Assembly: GCF_036971445.1 (NCBI RefSeq)
Contig: NC_091476.1
Span: forward strand, 178,188,001-178,252,000
DNA length: 64,000 nucleotides
Source of the DNA: Narcine bancroftii
Lineage: Eukaryota
Reading direction: 5' to 3'
The first letter of the stretch is position 1, and each line of letters starts with the position of its first letter. This document shows, in pieces, positions 53,101-64,000 of this stretch. Below the pieces are notes generated by a model. The model was not told the origin of the DNA. It saw only the letters and a list, made by a program, of their open reading frames with translations, and did not search any database. The position numbers were made by a program, and so were the translations under genes.

Positions 53101-53328
53101 ACACGAGCTGGGAGTTTTGATAGGAATAGGGTTTCAAAGAGAACACAATGAGAATGACCATCCGCCAATGCAAGCATTTCACTTATTGGGTCCGATGGAT
53201 TCCTTTCACCCAGACCTTTCATATTCAAAAGCCGCATGCCACGCTCATGCTTTGTCAATTCCAGAAAAAACTGGCAGAACTTGGTGTACTGAGGACTGGC
53301 AATAAATTCGCTTATTCAAGATGCATAT
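50110..53328 (-). mobile_element. Gypsy internal region (gag-PR-RT-RNaseH-IN), pseudogenised, no LTRs seen
   Basis: CFYHRCWGKNAHKCVLPC; [29 protein letters not shown]; YSTFDRELLA; HGLSHP...CAFC; HVDLVGPLP. Confidence 0.95.
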
Positions 53329-55063
53329 TGGAATCCCCCCAGAAGTCTGGAAGGCTGGCGGCAAAACTCTGCATGCCAAACTGCATGAGTTTTTCAAGCT
53401 TTGTCTGGACCAAGGTAAACTGCCTCAGGATCTTCGTGATGCCACCATCATCACCCTGTACAAAAACAAAGGCGAGAAATCAGACTGCTCAAACTACAGG
53501 GGAATCACGTTGCTCTCCATTGCAGGCAAAATCTTCGCTAGGATTCTACTAAATAGAATAATACCTAGTGTCGCCGAGAATACTCTCCCAGAATCACAGT
53601 GCGGCTTTCGCGCAAACAGAGGAACCACTGACATGGTCTTTGCCCTCAGACAGCTCCAAGAAAAGTGCAGAGAACAAAACAAAGGACTCTACATCACCTT
53701 TGTTGACCTCACCAAAGCCTTCGACACCGTGAGCAGGAAAGGGCTTTGGCAAATACTAGAGCGCATCGGATGTCCCCCAAAGTTCCTCAACATGATTATC
53801 CAACTGCACGAAAACCAACAAGGTCGGGTCAGATACAGCAATGAGCTCTCTGAACCCTTCTCCATTAACAATGGCGTGAAGCAAGGCTGTGTTCTCGCAC
53901 CAACCCTCTTTTCAATCTTCTTCAGCATGATGCTGAACCAAGCCATGAAAGACCCCAACAATGAAGACGCTGTTTAAATCCGGTACCGCACGGATGGCAG
54001 TCTCTTCAATCTGAGGCGCCTGCAAGCTCACACCAAGACACAAGAGAAACTTGTCCGTGAACTACTCTTTGCAGATGATGCCGCTTTAGTTGCCCATTCA
54101 GAGCCAGCTCTTCAGCGCTTGACGTCCTGCTTTGCGGAAACTGCCAAAATGTTTGGCCTGGAAGTCAGCCTGAAGAAAACTGAGGTCCTCCATCAGCCAG
54201 CTCCCCACCATGACTACCAGCCCCCCCACATCTCCATCGGGCACACAAAACTCAAAACGGTCAACCAGTTTACCTATCTCGGCTGCACCATTTCATCAGA
54301 TGCAAGGATCGACAATGAGATAGACAACAGACTCGCCAAGGCAAATAGCGCCTTTGGAAGACTACACAAAAGAGTCTGGAAAAACAACCAACTGAAAAAC
54401 CTCACAAAGATAAGCGTATACAGAGCCGTTGTCATACCCACACTCCTGTTCGGCTCCGAATCATGGGTCCTCTACCGGCACCACCTACGGCTCCTAGAAC
54501 GCTTCCACCAGCGTTGTCTCCGCTCCATCCTCAACATCCATTGGAGCGCTCACACCCCTAACGTCGAGGTACTCGAGATGGCAGAGGTCGACAGCATCGA
54601 GTCCACGCTGCTGAAGATCCAGCTGCGCTGGATGGGTCACGTCTCCAGAATGGAGGACCATCGCCTTCCCAAGATCGTATTATATGGCGAGCTCTCCACT
54701 GGCCACCGTGACAGAGGTGCACCAAAGAAAAGGTACAAGGACTGCCTAAAGAAATCTCTTGGTGCCTGCCACATTGACCACCGCCAGTGGGCTGATAACG
54801 CCTCAAACCGTGCATCTTGGCGCCTCACAGTTTGGCGGGCAGCAGCCTCCTTTGAAGAAGACCGCAGAGCCCACCTCACTGACAAAAGGCAAAGGAGGAA
54901 AAACCCAACACCCAACCCCAACCAACCAATTTTCCCTTGCAACCGCTGCAATCGTGTCTGCCTGTCCCGCATCGGACTGGTCAGCCACAAACGAGCCTGC
55001 AGCTGACGTGGACTTTTTACCCCCTCCATAAATCTTCGTCCGCGAAGCCAAGCCAAAGAAGAA
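53329..55063 (+). mobile_element. RTE LINE, 5'-truncated and young, inserted in Gypsy gag
   Basis: One frame with a single TAA at 53975-53977; NYRGITLLS, KQGCVLAP, LLFADD; (GAA)n tail; gag resumes at 55064 (FWHVVGALDA). Confidence 0.95.
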
Positions 55064-55149
55064 GCGGCGTCCAACGCACCTACAACATGCCAGAACCTTG
55101 TGTCCTCCACTGTTATGCCCCGAAGACTTAATTGGGTATCATTTTCAGC

Positions 55150-56380
55150 CAATGGGTAAAATGGTCAACTATTGTGAATAAATACTACATACCTTGGCTC
55201 ACGGGGAGTAGGCCAACAATGTCCATGTGCATGAGGTCAAACCAACATTGCACTAGGGCGAAACTCTGGAGAGGGGCTTTGGTGTGTCTGTATGCTTTGG
55301 CGCACTGGCAGTCCAAGCAAGATTTAGCCCATAGAGTTATGTCACGGAAGAGGCCATGCCACATGAACTTGTCAGACAGCAGTCGGACCCTGGACCCTAT
55401 GGAAGGATGTGATAGAATGTGTATTTGGTCGAACACCTGCCATCGCCAGATTGTGGGTAGAATGTGTCTGGGGAAGCCTATGGATATGTTGCACAATAAA
55501 GTTGGGCTTCCTGGTGAAGGACAGAAATCGCTAACCTTCAGGCTGGTGATGGCGGTCCAGTAGGCCTGAGTGTCAGCATCCTCTGCCTGGCCTTTGGCCA
55601 GTTGAGCAACATCGAGTCCTCCTGAGATAGTGGAGATGGTTGGTCTGGACAGAGGGTTGAACACAACATTGGACTTGCCTGCGACGTGGCAAATGTTCAT
55701 AGTATACTCAGAAATGTAGGAAAGGTGTCATTGTTGCCTCACCATCTATGGGTTTGAGACCTTGCTGAGTGCATGAAATCTGTAGGTGTCGAAAACCTTT
55801 CCTTATAATGTGTACCGGAAATGTATTGCCAGGTACAGGGTCAACAGCTCAGTCGAACGTGCTGGTTTAGTGTCTTGGAAATTGGGCTCCAACAGTGATG
55901 GATACTTGGCCAGTGAAAGGTAATATTCGTTGCGGTCTAGAGTGTGGATGCCCAACAGCAAAAAGGAATGTTGCCGTAGCGTGAGGGGATATGACTGGCA
56001 TGTGGTAATTGACCAAGCAGCATCTGTTCATTTCTACCAGGAGTTCGTGTGCGGAGGAAATAGAATCTTGAGTAGGGCTTGCCCAATGAACACAATCGTA
56101 CACTTCCAACAGAAAACAGTTCCTGCAGCATGAATTGTGACCAGACAGGTGCGGAAGCTTGGAATGGAGGACCCATTGGCTACCTGTAGGAGGAGGCCCT
56201 TGGGATTGTGCTTGAGCTCAAAGTACGTCGGCGGCATGAGGTTCATCTCTGTACCCGTGTCAACTAGGAAATCACTCCTTGTCCGCTGGTCCCCTAGGTA
56301 GAGTAGGCCTTTATGTGTGCCAACTGCTGAGGCCACTATCGGTGGCTGACCTGTCCATTTCCCATCGCCGTCCTCCCCCA
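55150..56380 (-). mobile_element. Second, divergent Gypsy fragment (PR, RNaseH, IN; RT deleted)
   Basis: FLVDTG protease motif; HILSHP...CLDC; HMDIVGLLPVSQG. Confidence 0.85.
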
Positions 56381-57447
56381 TTGTTTGAATTCGGAGACTT
56401 TCTGATAGAACCTGCTTCTTCTGTCTTTTCTGATTTTTCTTTCAAGAAGGAAGGGCTCAGGCCCGAAACATCAGCAATGTATCTTTGTCTCCTACAGATG
56501 CTGAAAGGAACGGCTCAGTTCCTCTAGCATTTCTGTGTGTTTACTACAATCACAGCATCTGCAGCCTATCATGTTTCACCCTGTTACCATGCTGAATGTC
56601 TAAATTAAATAAACCAGAAAATTCTAACATGCTCAGCATATCAAACCAAATCAGTGTTTCAAGTCAATTATTATTCCTGACTTCTAGTGGGAAGCCATTG
56701 ATGTGAAATATTAATTCTTCACAGATGGTATCTGACCTGCTGATTACTTCCAGCATTTTTTTTTTGATTTGTAGACTTCCAGCATACACTGTATTTAGGT
56801 CTTATCTTTGCCTGCTATATTTTCTTTACAATATCCTGCAGCAGGAAGGTGAAATCATGCATAGAATGGTAGATGGAAACAAGAAAGAGAAGGAACATAG
56901 GTGAAGAGGGATGGAAGAGTCATAGAACAGTTCACTACAGGAACAGGCCCTTTGGCCCACAATGAATATGCCAGACATGATGCCTGATTAAAATAAATCT
57001 TTTCACAGAAGAATGAGAGATTTCATAGATGCATACAAAATGATGAGAGTGGTAGACAGAATAAATGCAAGTAGGCTTTTATTCCCACATATTGTGTGTA
57101 TCTGGAAACCCTTTAAATGCTACTTTTGTATCTGCCTTCTTCACTACTGACAGCCTATGTCAGGCATCTACCACTCTGTGTTAAAATACTTGTCCCATGC
57201 ATCTTTAAAATTTCCTCTTTCTTTCATCTATTTTTAATGAATGTTCCCCAGTATTTGACTGTCACATTTAAATGAAAAAACTATGAGTGGAAAGTAAAAT
57301 TCCCTGACTGAAATATCAGTGAATTGAAATGATTGAAATATTCCCCATCTATGCATTTGCAACTTTTCCATGGATATATTCTCTTTTACAATGATCAATG
57401 GCTAAAGTTTTATGGATAGTGACTGAGACTTTAACAAATTTTCTCAG

Positions 57448-57676
57448 GTGAATGGTTGCCTCCTTGATCCTTCACCTCCGTCTATGTCAAGGAAAGGATG
57501 CCCACCATCGCCTAGCAACATGATAGAGACATCTATTGATGAGGGGATAGAGACTGAAGATGACTCAGAGGAGGATCCTGCCCAAGTATATGCATCTTTT
57601 CAGGCATTACGCTGTGGCCAGAGACGACACACTCTTGCTGAAGTCACCAATCAACCAATGGTGTTGCCAAGCACAG
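57448..57676 (+). CDS. SIK2: SIK2 coding exon (exon 10 equivalent)
   Basis: ctcag|GTG AAT...ACA G|gtaaaa; 229 nt; VNGCLLDP...[11 protein letters not shown]...[13 protein letters not shown] with RRHT (T484-equivalent site). Confidence 0.95.
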
Positions 57677-58895
57677 GTAAAAGAGGATTGTCCTGTCAAG
57701 AGGTTCAAAGTCCTAGCAATACTTAAAAGAACAGCTCTAGCACTTCAGTTCCATAAATATCAACCTTAGGGATGAAAAGGTGTAGGTTACAGGATCCATG
57801 AAAAGCAGTAGAATTGACCCAAATCTGTTTATTCATCAGCTGGTCAGGAATGAGATCTAGACATATATTTAGTTTTACGCACCCTAGCTCAGGTTAAAAC
57901 ACTCGGTTGATGTAAATTTTAAAAGATAACTGGCAAAGATATTGCAGTGAAGAAAAGATTTTTTTCTTCCTGCAGTGTTTTATGATCTGGAATACCCTAT
58001 TTGAAAAATGAATGCAGCATATCAAGAAATTGGATAAATACCTGAAAAGAAAATATTTGTTGGGTGTGAGGAAACAGTGGATTGAGGACTATTGAGTAGC
58101 TGTTCCAAAAAAAAAACCTACTGGGCAAGAAGGGCCAAAAGGCTTTTGTGCTGTATTATTCCATTCTGTTTTCTTCCAGCTGACATTGTTTCAGATCTGC
58201 TTAATGTTTTGGGGTTTAGATGTTTCAAAACGTGTCGAGAGGGAAGCACGACCAGCATAGCGGTTAGCGCAACACTATTACAGCACTAGTGGCTTGGGTT
58301 CAAATCTGCTGCTCTTGCAAGGAGTTTCTACTTTCTCCCCATGTCTCTGTGACTTTCCTCCCACCCTTCAAAACTAACAGGGTTTGTAGGTTAATGGGGC
58401 TGAAAGGCCCTGTTTTCATGCTGTATCTCTAAATTTAAAATTGAAATTAAATTTAAAAATATAAATTCAATAAAAGAGAAGGGGGACTGGCATTGCTTAT
58501 CAGGGATAGTCTATCAGCTGCAGAAAGGGTGGACATCATGAAGTGATCATCCACTGAATCAGTGTGAGTGGTAGTCAGAAACTAAGGGAGCAATCATTCT
58601 ATTGGAGTACTCTATAGGCCCCCAAATAGTCACTGGCCACTGAGGAGCAGACAAGCAGGCTGATGTTCAGAAATGTGCAAAAATAACAGGGTTGTCATGG
58701 CAGACTTTACCTTCCCTAATCTGCAGCTCCTTTATCCCTCAAAGTCCCTTTGTTCCACAACACTGTCTAGGAGCCTGCCCAACATATCCAAATAAAATTA
58801 AGTACTGTTAATCTTAAATCTTTCATCGTCACACGGATATATTCATGTTTAGAATGGGTTGCCTCACTTGTTTCTTCTGATGTGTTCTGATACAG

Positions 58896-59180
58896 GGAAG
58901 CTGTTCACTCTGGGGAATAATCCATCCTTGGGGAGTGTCGATTCTGAATATGATATGGGACTGATGCACAGCGAGCTCAGTATTCTGGAGGACACACCAC
59001 CCCTTACAGAAGTTGTACTTGCTAACCAGCCGATGGCACGGATGACTCCTCCACTGGTTGGAATCAAGCCACCAAATCCAGCAATGGAAGCACTGACATT
59101 ACAGAAACGTGAGGTGCACAACCGATCACCAGTCAGCTTCCGAGAGGGTCGAAGAGCTTCGGATACATCTTTAACACAAG
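58896..59180 (+). CDS. SIK2: SIK2 coding exon (exon 11 equivalent)
   Basis: tacag|GG AAG...CAA G|gtaacc; 285 nt; ...SVDSEYDMG...[26 protein letters not shown] with RRAS (S587-equivalent site). Confidence 0.95.
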
Positions 59181-60777
59181 GTAACCAAACCTCCCCTCCT
59201 GGTGTTAAGTTAGTCATATATAACAGGCCAGTAGCAGAATGAAACTCTCTTGTATATTAGGTTCAGCTGTCAATTCACCCTTACAGTAAGTTGGAGGTTC
59301 CCAAAATGTGTAATTGTTTTACATGCAATAGAAATCTAAACTAATTGCCAATGAATGATTCTTGGCTTTTGCATCTCCTGCCATCTCTGAAAGACCACTG
59401 TATGAGAAATTGTGTCCTTGTCTAACATTTATGGTTTAAAATTATTTATTCTCTCGTGCAGTTTAATGCCTCACTCACCTTGCCCTTTTTGTGGGTGAGG
59501 GTGATTCTCCTCTACAATCTTAGCCATTTCAGAGGGTAGTTAAAAGTCAATGAAGTGACTGGAGTCATTTATCGACTAAAGTGAGTGAAAAGTGTAGAAT
59601 GCCTTCCCCAATAAAGACTGTCAAGCTTGATATGTTTTTACAATAGTCTGGATCATTTCATAAACATACAAAAGTGCTAGAGAAACTCAGCAAGTTCCAC
59701 AGCGTCCATAACAGACATGCCAGGTACCTTGACGAAGGATTCTGGCCTGTAACGTTGCCTTCTATGGACACTATGGGGTCTGCTATTTACTATATTCACA
59801 GCATCTGCAGACTTTCTTGTTTGATTTTCTGATAATAGCCTTTTGCTCTAGCTTTATTTCATTACAGATATCCCTAAATTTATTAAAGGGATATGTTCTT
59901 GCAAAATGTTTCATTTTGCAGAATTTTGAGAATTTTCTGGGTAATTTGGGACAGTGTTTACCTGTGGGTAAAAGATGATGCATGAAGAAAATCGTAACAT
60001 GAGGAGACATCTCCCAGAAAAAAATCAAAATGTTGTGATGAGTTCATCTGATCTGAGAAACAACATGTCTAGACACAGATCAAATGTAATAAGTCTTTAT
60101 TTGCCCATGAAGAAAATTTGCCACAGGGAGTCACACTCACTCACACACTCTCACGAGTACATAAAATAATCACATTGGACACAACTAAACAAGCTATACC
60201 TATAAACTGTGCTAAATCTGGATATACAGTAGAAGAATCAAAACAATACCCACCACCCTTTGACCAAGTACATATATGGCACCAACATGAAATAAGGATA
60301 AAAAGAAGCACGGTTCAATGATGATTGGTCAGTAAGCACCACAAACCCCCGCACCTGTTACTGCCACACACCTTCATGTTGATCCTCCAGCGTCGGATCT
60401 GGCTCGTGGCCTGAGGTGGAGCTTCAATCCATTACTTGGGGAAAAAATACTTAGCTGCTGTGCGTTTCAGGCTTTCTAACTCCCTACTCGTCAGTGGTGC
60501 CAGTCTAGGTGTTTAACAGAGCCAGTGGCGACCTGTGTAATCTTTTGAAAAGGCCAATTACAAGGTGAGTGTTCAGCTTGCTTCGTCTTGACCTTGATTG
60601 TCACTGGAGAAGTTTCATAACCCTCCATACTACAGATGCAGTGGTGAAAAGACTTCCCATGATTGAACTTAAATTCAGCTGGCTGCCATTGCCCTGTTTG
60701 AATCATGTATCTGGATCATGTCTCTGAACTGTAAGTCCAAAAGTGAACAGGGTATCAACTTCTGGTTTTTCCTTTAG

Positions 60778-60938
60778 GTATAGTTGCTTTCCGCCAGCAT
60801 CTTCAGAATCTAGCCAGAACCAATGGAATTCTGGAGTTGAACAAGGTGCAGATGTTTTATGAACAGATGAATTCTGATGCAGATCTTGACTCTCTCCCAG
60901 CAGTGCATTTACAAAGCCTCCTCACTACCCACAACCAG
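60778..60938 (+). CDS. SIK2: SIK2 coding exon (exon 12 equivalent)
   Basis: tttag|GT ATA...AAC CAG|gtaaat; 161 nt; [30 protein letters not shown]... Confidence 0.93.
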
Positions 60939-60956
60939 GTAAATCTTGCTACCACT

Positions 60957-61290
60957 TTTTCTTTGGCTTGGCTTCGCGGACGAAGATTTATGGAGGGGGT
61001 AAATGTCCACGTCAGCTGCAGGCTCGTTGGTGGCTGACAAGTCCGATGCGGGACAGGCAGACGCGGTTGCAGGGGAAAATTGGTTGGTTGGGGTTGGGTG
61101 TTGGGTTTTTCCTCCATTGCCTTTTTTCAGTGAGGTGGGCTCTGCGGTCTTCTTCAAAGGAGGTTGCTGCCCGCCAAACTGTGAGGCGCCAAGATGCACG
61201 GTTTGAGGCGATATCAGCCCACTGGTGGTGGTCAATGTGGCAGGCACCAAGAGATTTCTTTAGGCAGTCCTTGTACCTTTTCTTTGGTGC
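60957..61290 (-). mobile_element. RTE LINE 3' fragment 18 nt downstream of a SIK2 splice donor
   Basis: GAPKKRYKDCLKK...RACS; 30-bp flanking direct repeat at 60927-60956 and 61291-61320. Confidence 0.95.
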
Positions 61291-61559
61291 ACCCACAACC
61301 AGGTAAATCTTGCTACCACTATGGTATAGACTAAAGAGCTATGATTGCATTAATCACATATACGCCATCACAAAGAGCTTTTGGTTCCATACCAAGACAT
61401 TTTCTGATTTGCTTCAAAATTAATTCCTCAATAAAATATTTAAGAAAAATTCTGAACAAAAACAAGCATTTAGAAATTGAAAACTTTTGGAATGTCTCCT
61501 GTTCTCACCACAAGAAAGGAACTCCTCACTGGTTTGCCATTATGTGTACAATAACAGAA

Positions 61560-62170
61560 CATTACAGCACAGTTCAAGGCTTTTGACCTTTGATGTTGTG
61601 CCAGCCCATATAACGTACTCCACATTAACCTTTCCCACCCTCATAGCCCATAAGCCTCCATTTTCCTTACATCCTAAGAATCTTTTAAAAGTACTTATTG
61701 TACCAGCCTCTACCACCACCCCTACCAATACATTCTAGGCATCCACCACTCTTAAAAAAAAACCTTTCTGTGATGTCTACCCTGCACTTTCCTACACTCA
61801 CTTGAAATAGATGTCCTCTGGTATTGCTGCCGATTCATGCCTTTCATACTCTTTTTCACCTCTATTATGTCTCTTGTCATCTTCCATCTCTCCAAAGAGA
61901 AAAGCTCCAACTCACTCAACCTTTCTATACAAGACATGTTCTCCAATCCAGGCAGTATCTTGGTAAATCTTTTCCACACCCTCTCCGATCTGAAGATCTG
62001 ACCAGAACTGAAAACAATACTCTTAAAGTATGTAATACACAAATGTGCTGCAGAAACTCATATCAACTTGCAAGGCAACCTTAATCTGACATCAAGATCC
62101 ACCTGTTCCGTTATACTGTTAAGAATCTTGCCTTTAACTATGTACGCTGCCCTCAAGTTCGATCTTCCAT
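61560..62170 (-). mobile_element. Degraded CR1 3' fragment
   Basis: RFTKILPGLE...LELFSLER. Confidence 0.8.
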
Positions 62171-62460
62171 ATGGATTGCCATATTAATTTGTCCATTCAG
62201 CCACTAGAATAAATGAATTGGGGTAGTGACCTCTTGTGTTTTAATCCCCAGCCTCTTACTACTCCTGGAATAGAACCATGAATCTTTACTGAAACCAGTG
62301 TACACCAACTTTATTTGTGGTGGTTTCCTACTTCATCTCATTAATGTCCTGCCATCCACTCTGAGAAGTGCCCCTAACACTTAACTGCAAATTGAATGGT
62401 GCATAATGAAGTTTTGTGGAAAAAAACCAAAATCATGATCAGCCTCATCTTTTCTTTCAG

Positions 62461-62574
62461 GATGAAGCTTTACAACAGCAGGAAAAAGTAGCATTATTTC
62501 CCAACGAAGTGCACCCTCATTTGTTGTCAAGACGCCAGAGCCTAGAAACACATTATTTGCAGCATCGATTGCCG
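62461..62574 (+). CDS. SIK2: SIK2 coding exon (exon 13 equivalent)
   Basis: ttcag|GAT GAA...TTG CCG|gtaaaa; 114 nt; DEALQQQEKVALFPNEVHPHLLSRRQSLETHYLQHRLP. Confidence 0.9.
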
Positions 62575-62799
62575 GTAAAAAAAAATCATCTCTGGAACTA
62601 ATTTCAAGATAATGTGAATATTTTAAAAGAAAATCAAACCATGTTGAAAATGAAAACAGAAATTGCAATAGGCGATCAGACAGACAGACAGACAGGCCTA
62701 TAGAGAGCAATTGTTCCATCTGAATGACTATTTTTATTGCGATGTTTTTCTTTGTAAACCTGGTAGGTTATTCTCCCACTCACTCCACAGAAACAAAAT

Positions 62800-63545
62800 T
62801 TTTGATGAGATTGAGAAACAATGAGAATCTCTTCTGTGGCAGAGAAAGGGGCCAATATTCTGTTGGGGAGATTTGTTAGATTCACCCAGGAGGCTCTAAA
62901 CTTGTCTGAGAAGGGTGGGTTCAAAATAGAGAAAGGGAGACTGAAGAGGTTAATAATAGCAAGGAGAGCAAAGGAAGTGCATTGAAGCAGAACAGGATGG
63001 TGAAGTACTAGTGTCACGGAAAGGTGGGGAAACTTTGCTCTATTTTAAACCTGATGGGGAAAGTGGACAATTGTAGTGTGGATCTGTACAGAACAATGTG
63101 ATATTGTAGCCATAATGTGGTTGAAGGAGGACTTGGATTGGCTGCTCAATTTTCTGTGTATCGTAGTTGCAGGTGTGGTAGGAGGAGGAGAGGGGGTGAA
63201 TGGTTGCAACATTAATCAAAGGTATCACATTTGTCATTGGAGAGGATATTATTTGGAGAAAGTGACAGTCTGTTTCCTAAAGTAGGAGAATCTAGGATGT
63301 GCGAACACAACTATAAGGTGCAGGGGATGAAATTTAGAAGGGACAGTTCTTTACTCAGTGAGTGGTGGCCTTATGGAACGTGCTGCCAAAGTGGCAGAGG
63401 TAGGTTCGTCAGCTTCCTTGAAGAAAGACTTGGATAACTCCCATGGATGGGAAGGGATTAGAGGGATTTGGGCCTTGTGCAGGCAAGTGGGACTAAAGCA
63501 GAAGGGTATGTTGTTTGGCATGGACAGGCCTGTTTCTGTGCTGTA
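62800..63545 (+). mobile_element. Degraded CR1 fragments
   Basis: CR1-like 3' end (tgtttcctaaagtaggagaatctagg...cctgtttctgtgctgtaa). Confidence 0.6.
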
Positions 63546-64000
63546 AAACTCTACGTTGTTCATTTTCACAATGTGATTGGCGTTTCATTGGAACAAGGTG
63601 TTTTTAAACAAACCTGCTGCTGCAGCAGACAAGAAAAAGTTGAGTAAATTTGTTGTTGTCATCTACAAGCTAACAGACTTTAATTAAAATAATAACATTT
63701 TTAAAAGATAAAGTCTAGTCCAAAGAAAAATAATCCCTGTAGAGAATGCACAGATGGAGCTTGAAGTCTTAAACCTGTACATTAATATTTGAGTACCTTC
63801 CTCTCACTCCAGAGTTTTGTATGATGTTGAAGCAGGACCTGAGGTCTAGGACAATGGCAGCTTGTGAGAGTTGGAGCAATGAAACATTCAGCTCATTTAT
63901 CTCTGCCTACATTCTAACAGAATCAATGCAGTGATTGTGGCTTCTCATCCATATCTGGGGGCTCAACAAACAAGCTCTTATCTCAGAACTGAGTACTAGG

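Overview
Eukaryotic (vertebrate) genomic DNA; the repeat landscape suggests a cartilaginous fish, probably a ray or skate (inference). The window holds ten consecutive internal coding exons of a salt-inducible kinase 2 gene (SIK2, + strand, equivalent to human exons 4-13). All have AG/GT boundaries and splice into one open frame. Most of the introns consist of transposons: L1, CR1, a young RTE family, Rex1/Babar LINEs, Gypsy LTR remnants, tRNA-derived SINEs, hAT/Tc2/Harbinger-type MITEs and Penelope-like palindromic repeats, often nested. There are no prokaryotic systems, CRISPR arrays or intact RNA genes. The most unusual signals are: (1) a Gypsy primer-binding site that copies 39 nt of tRNA-Trp and stops at position 38; (2) an RTE insertion whose 30-bp target-site duplication duplicates a SIK2 splice donor; (3) a poly(A)-tailed, TSD-flanked L1 derivative lacking almost all of ORF2, with a 13-bp inverted repeat bracketing the deletion; (4) two 5'-intact L1 copies that have TSDs but no poly(A) tail. 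Exon and TSD coordinates were read base by base. Boundaries of old repeats are approximate, and family names come from motif recall, not database searches.
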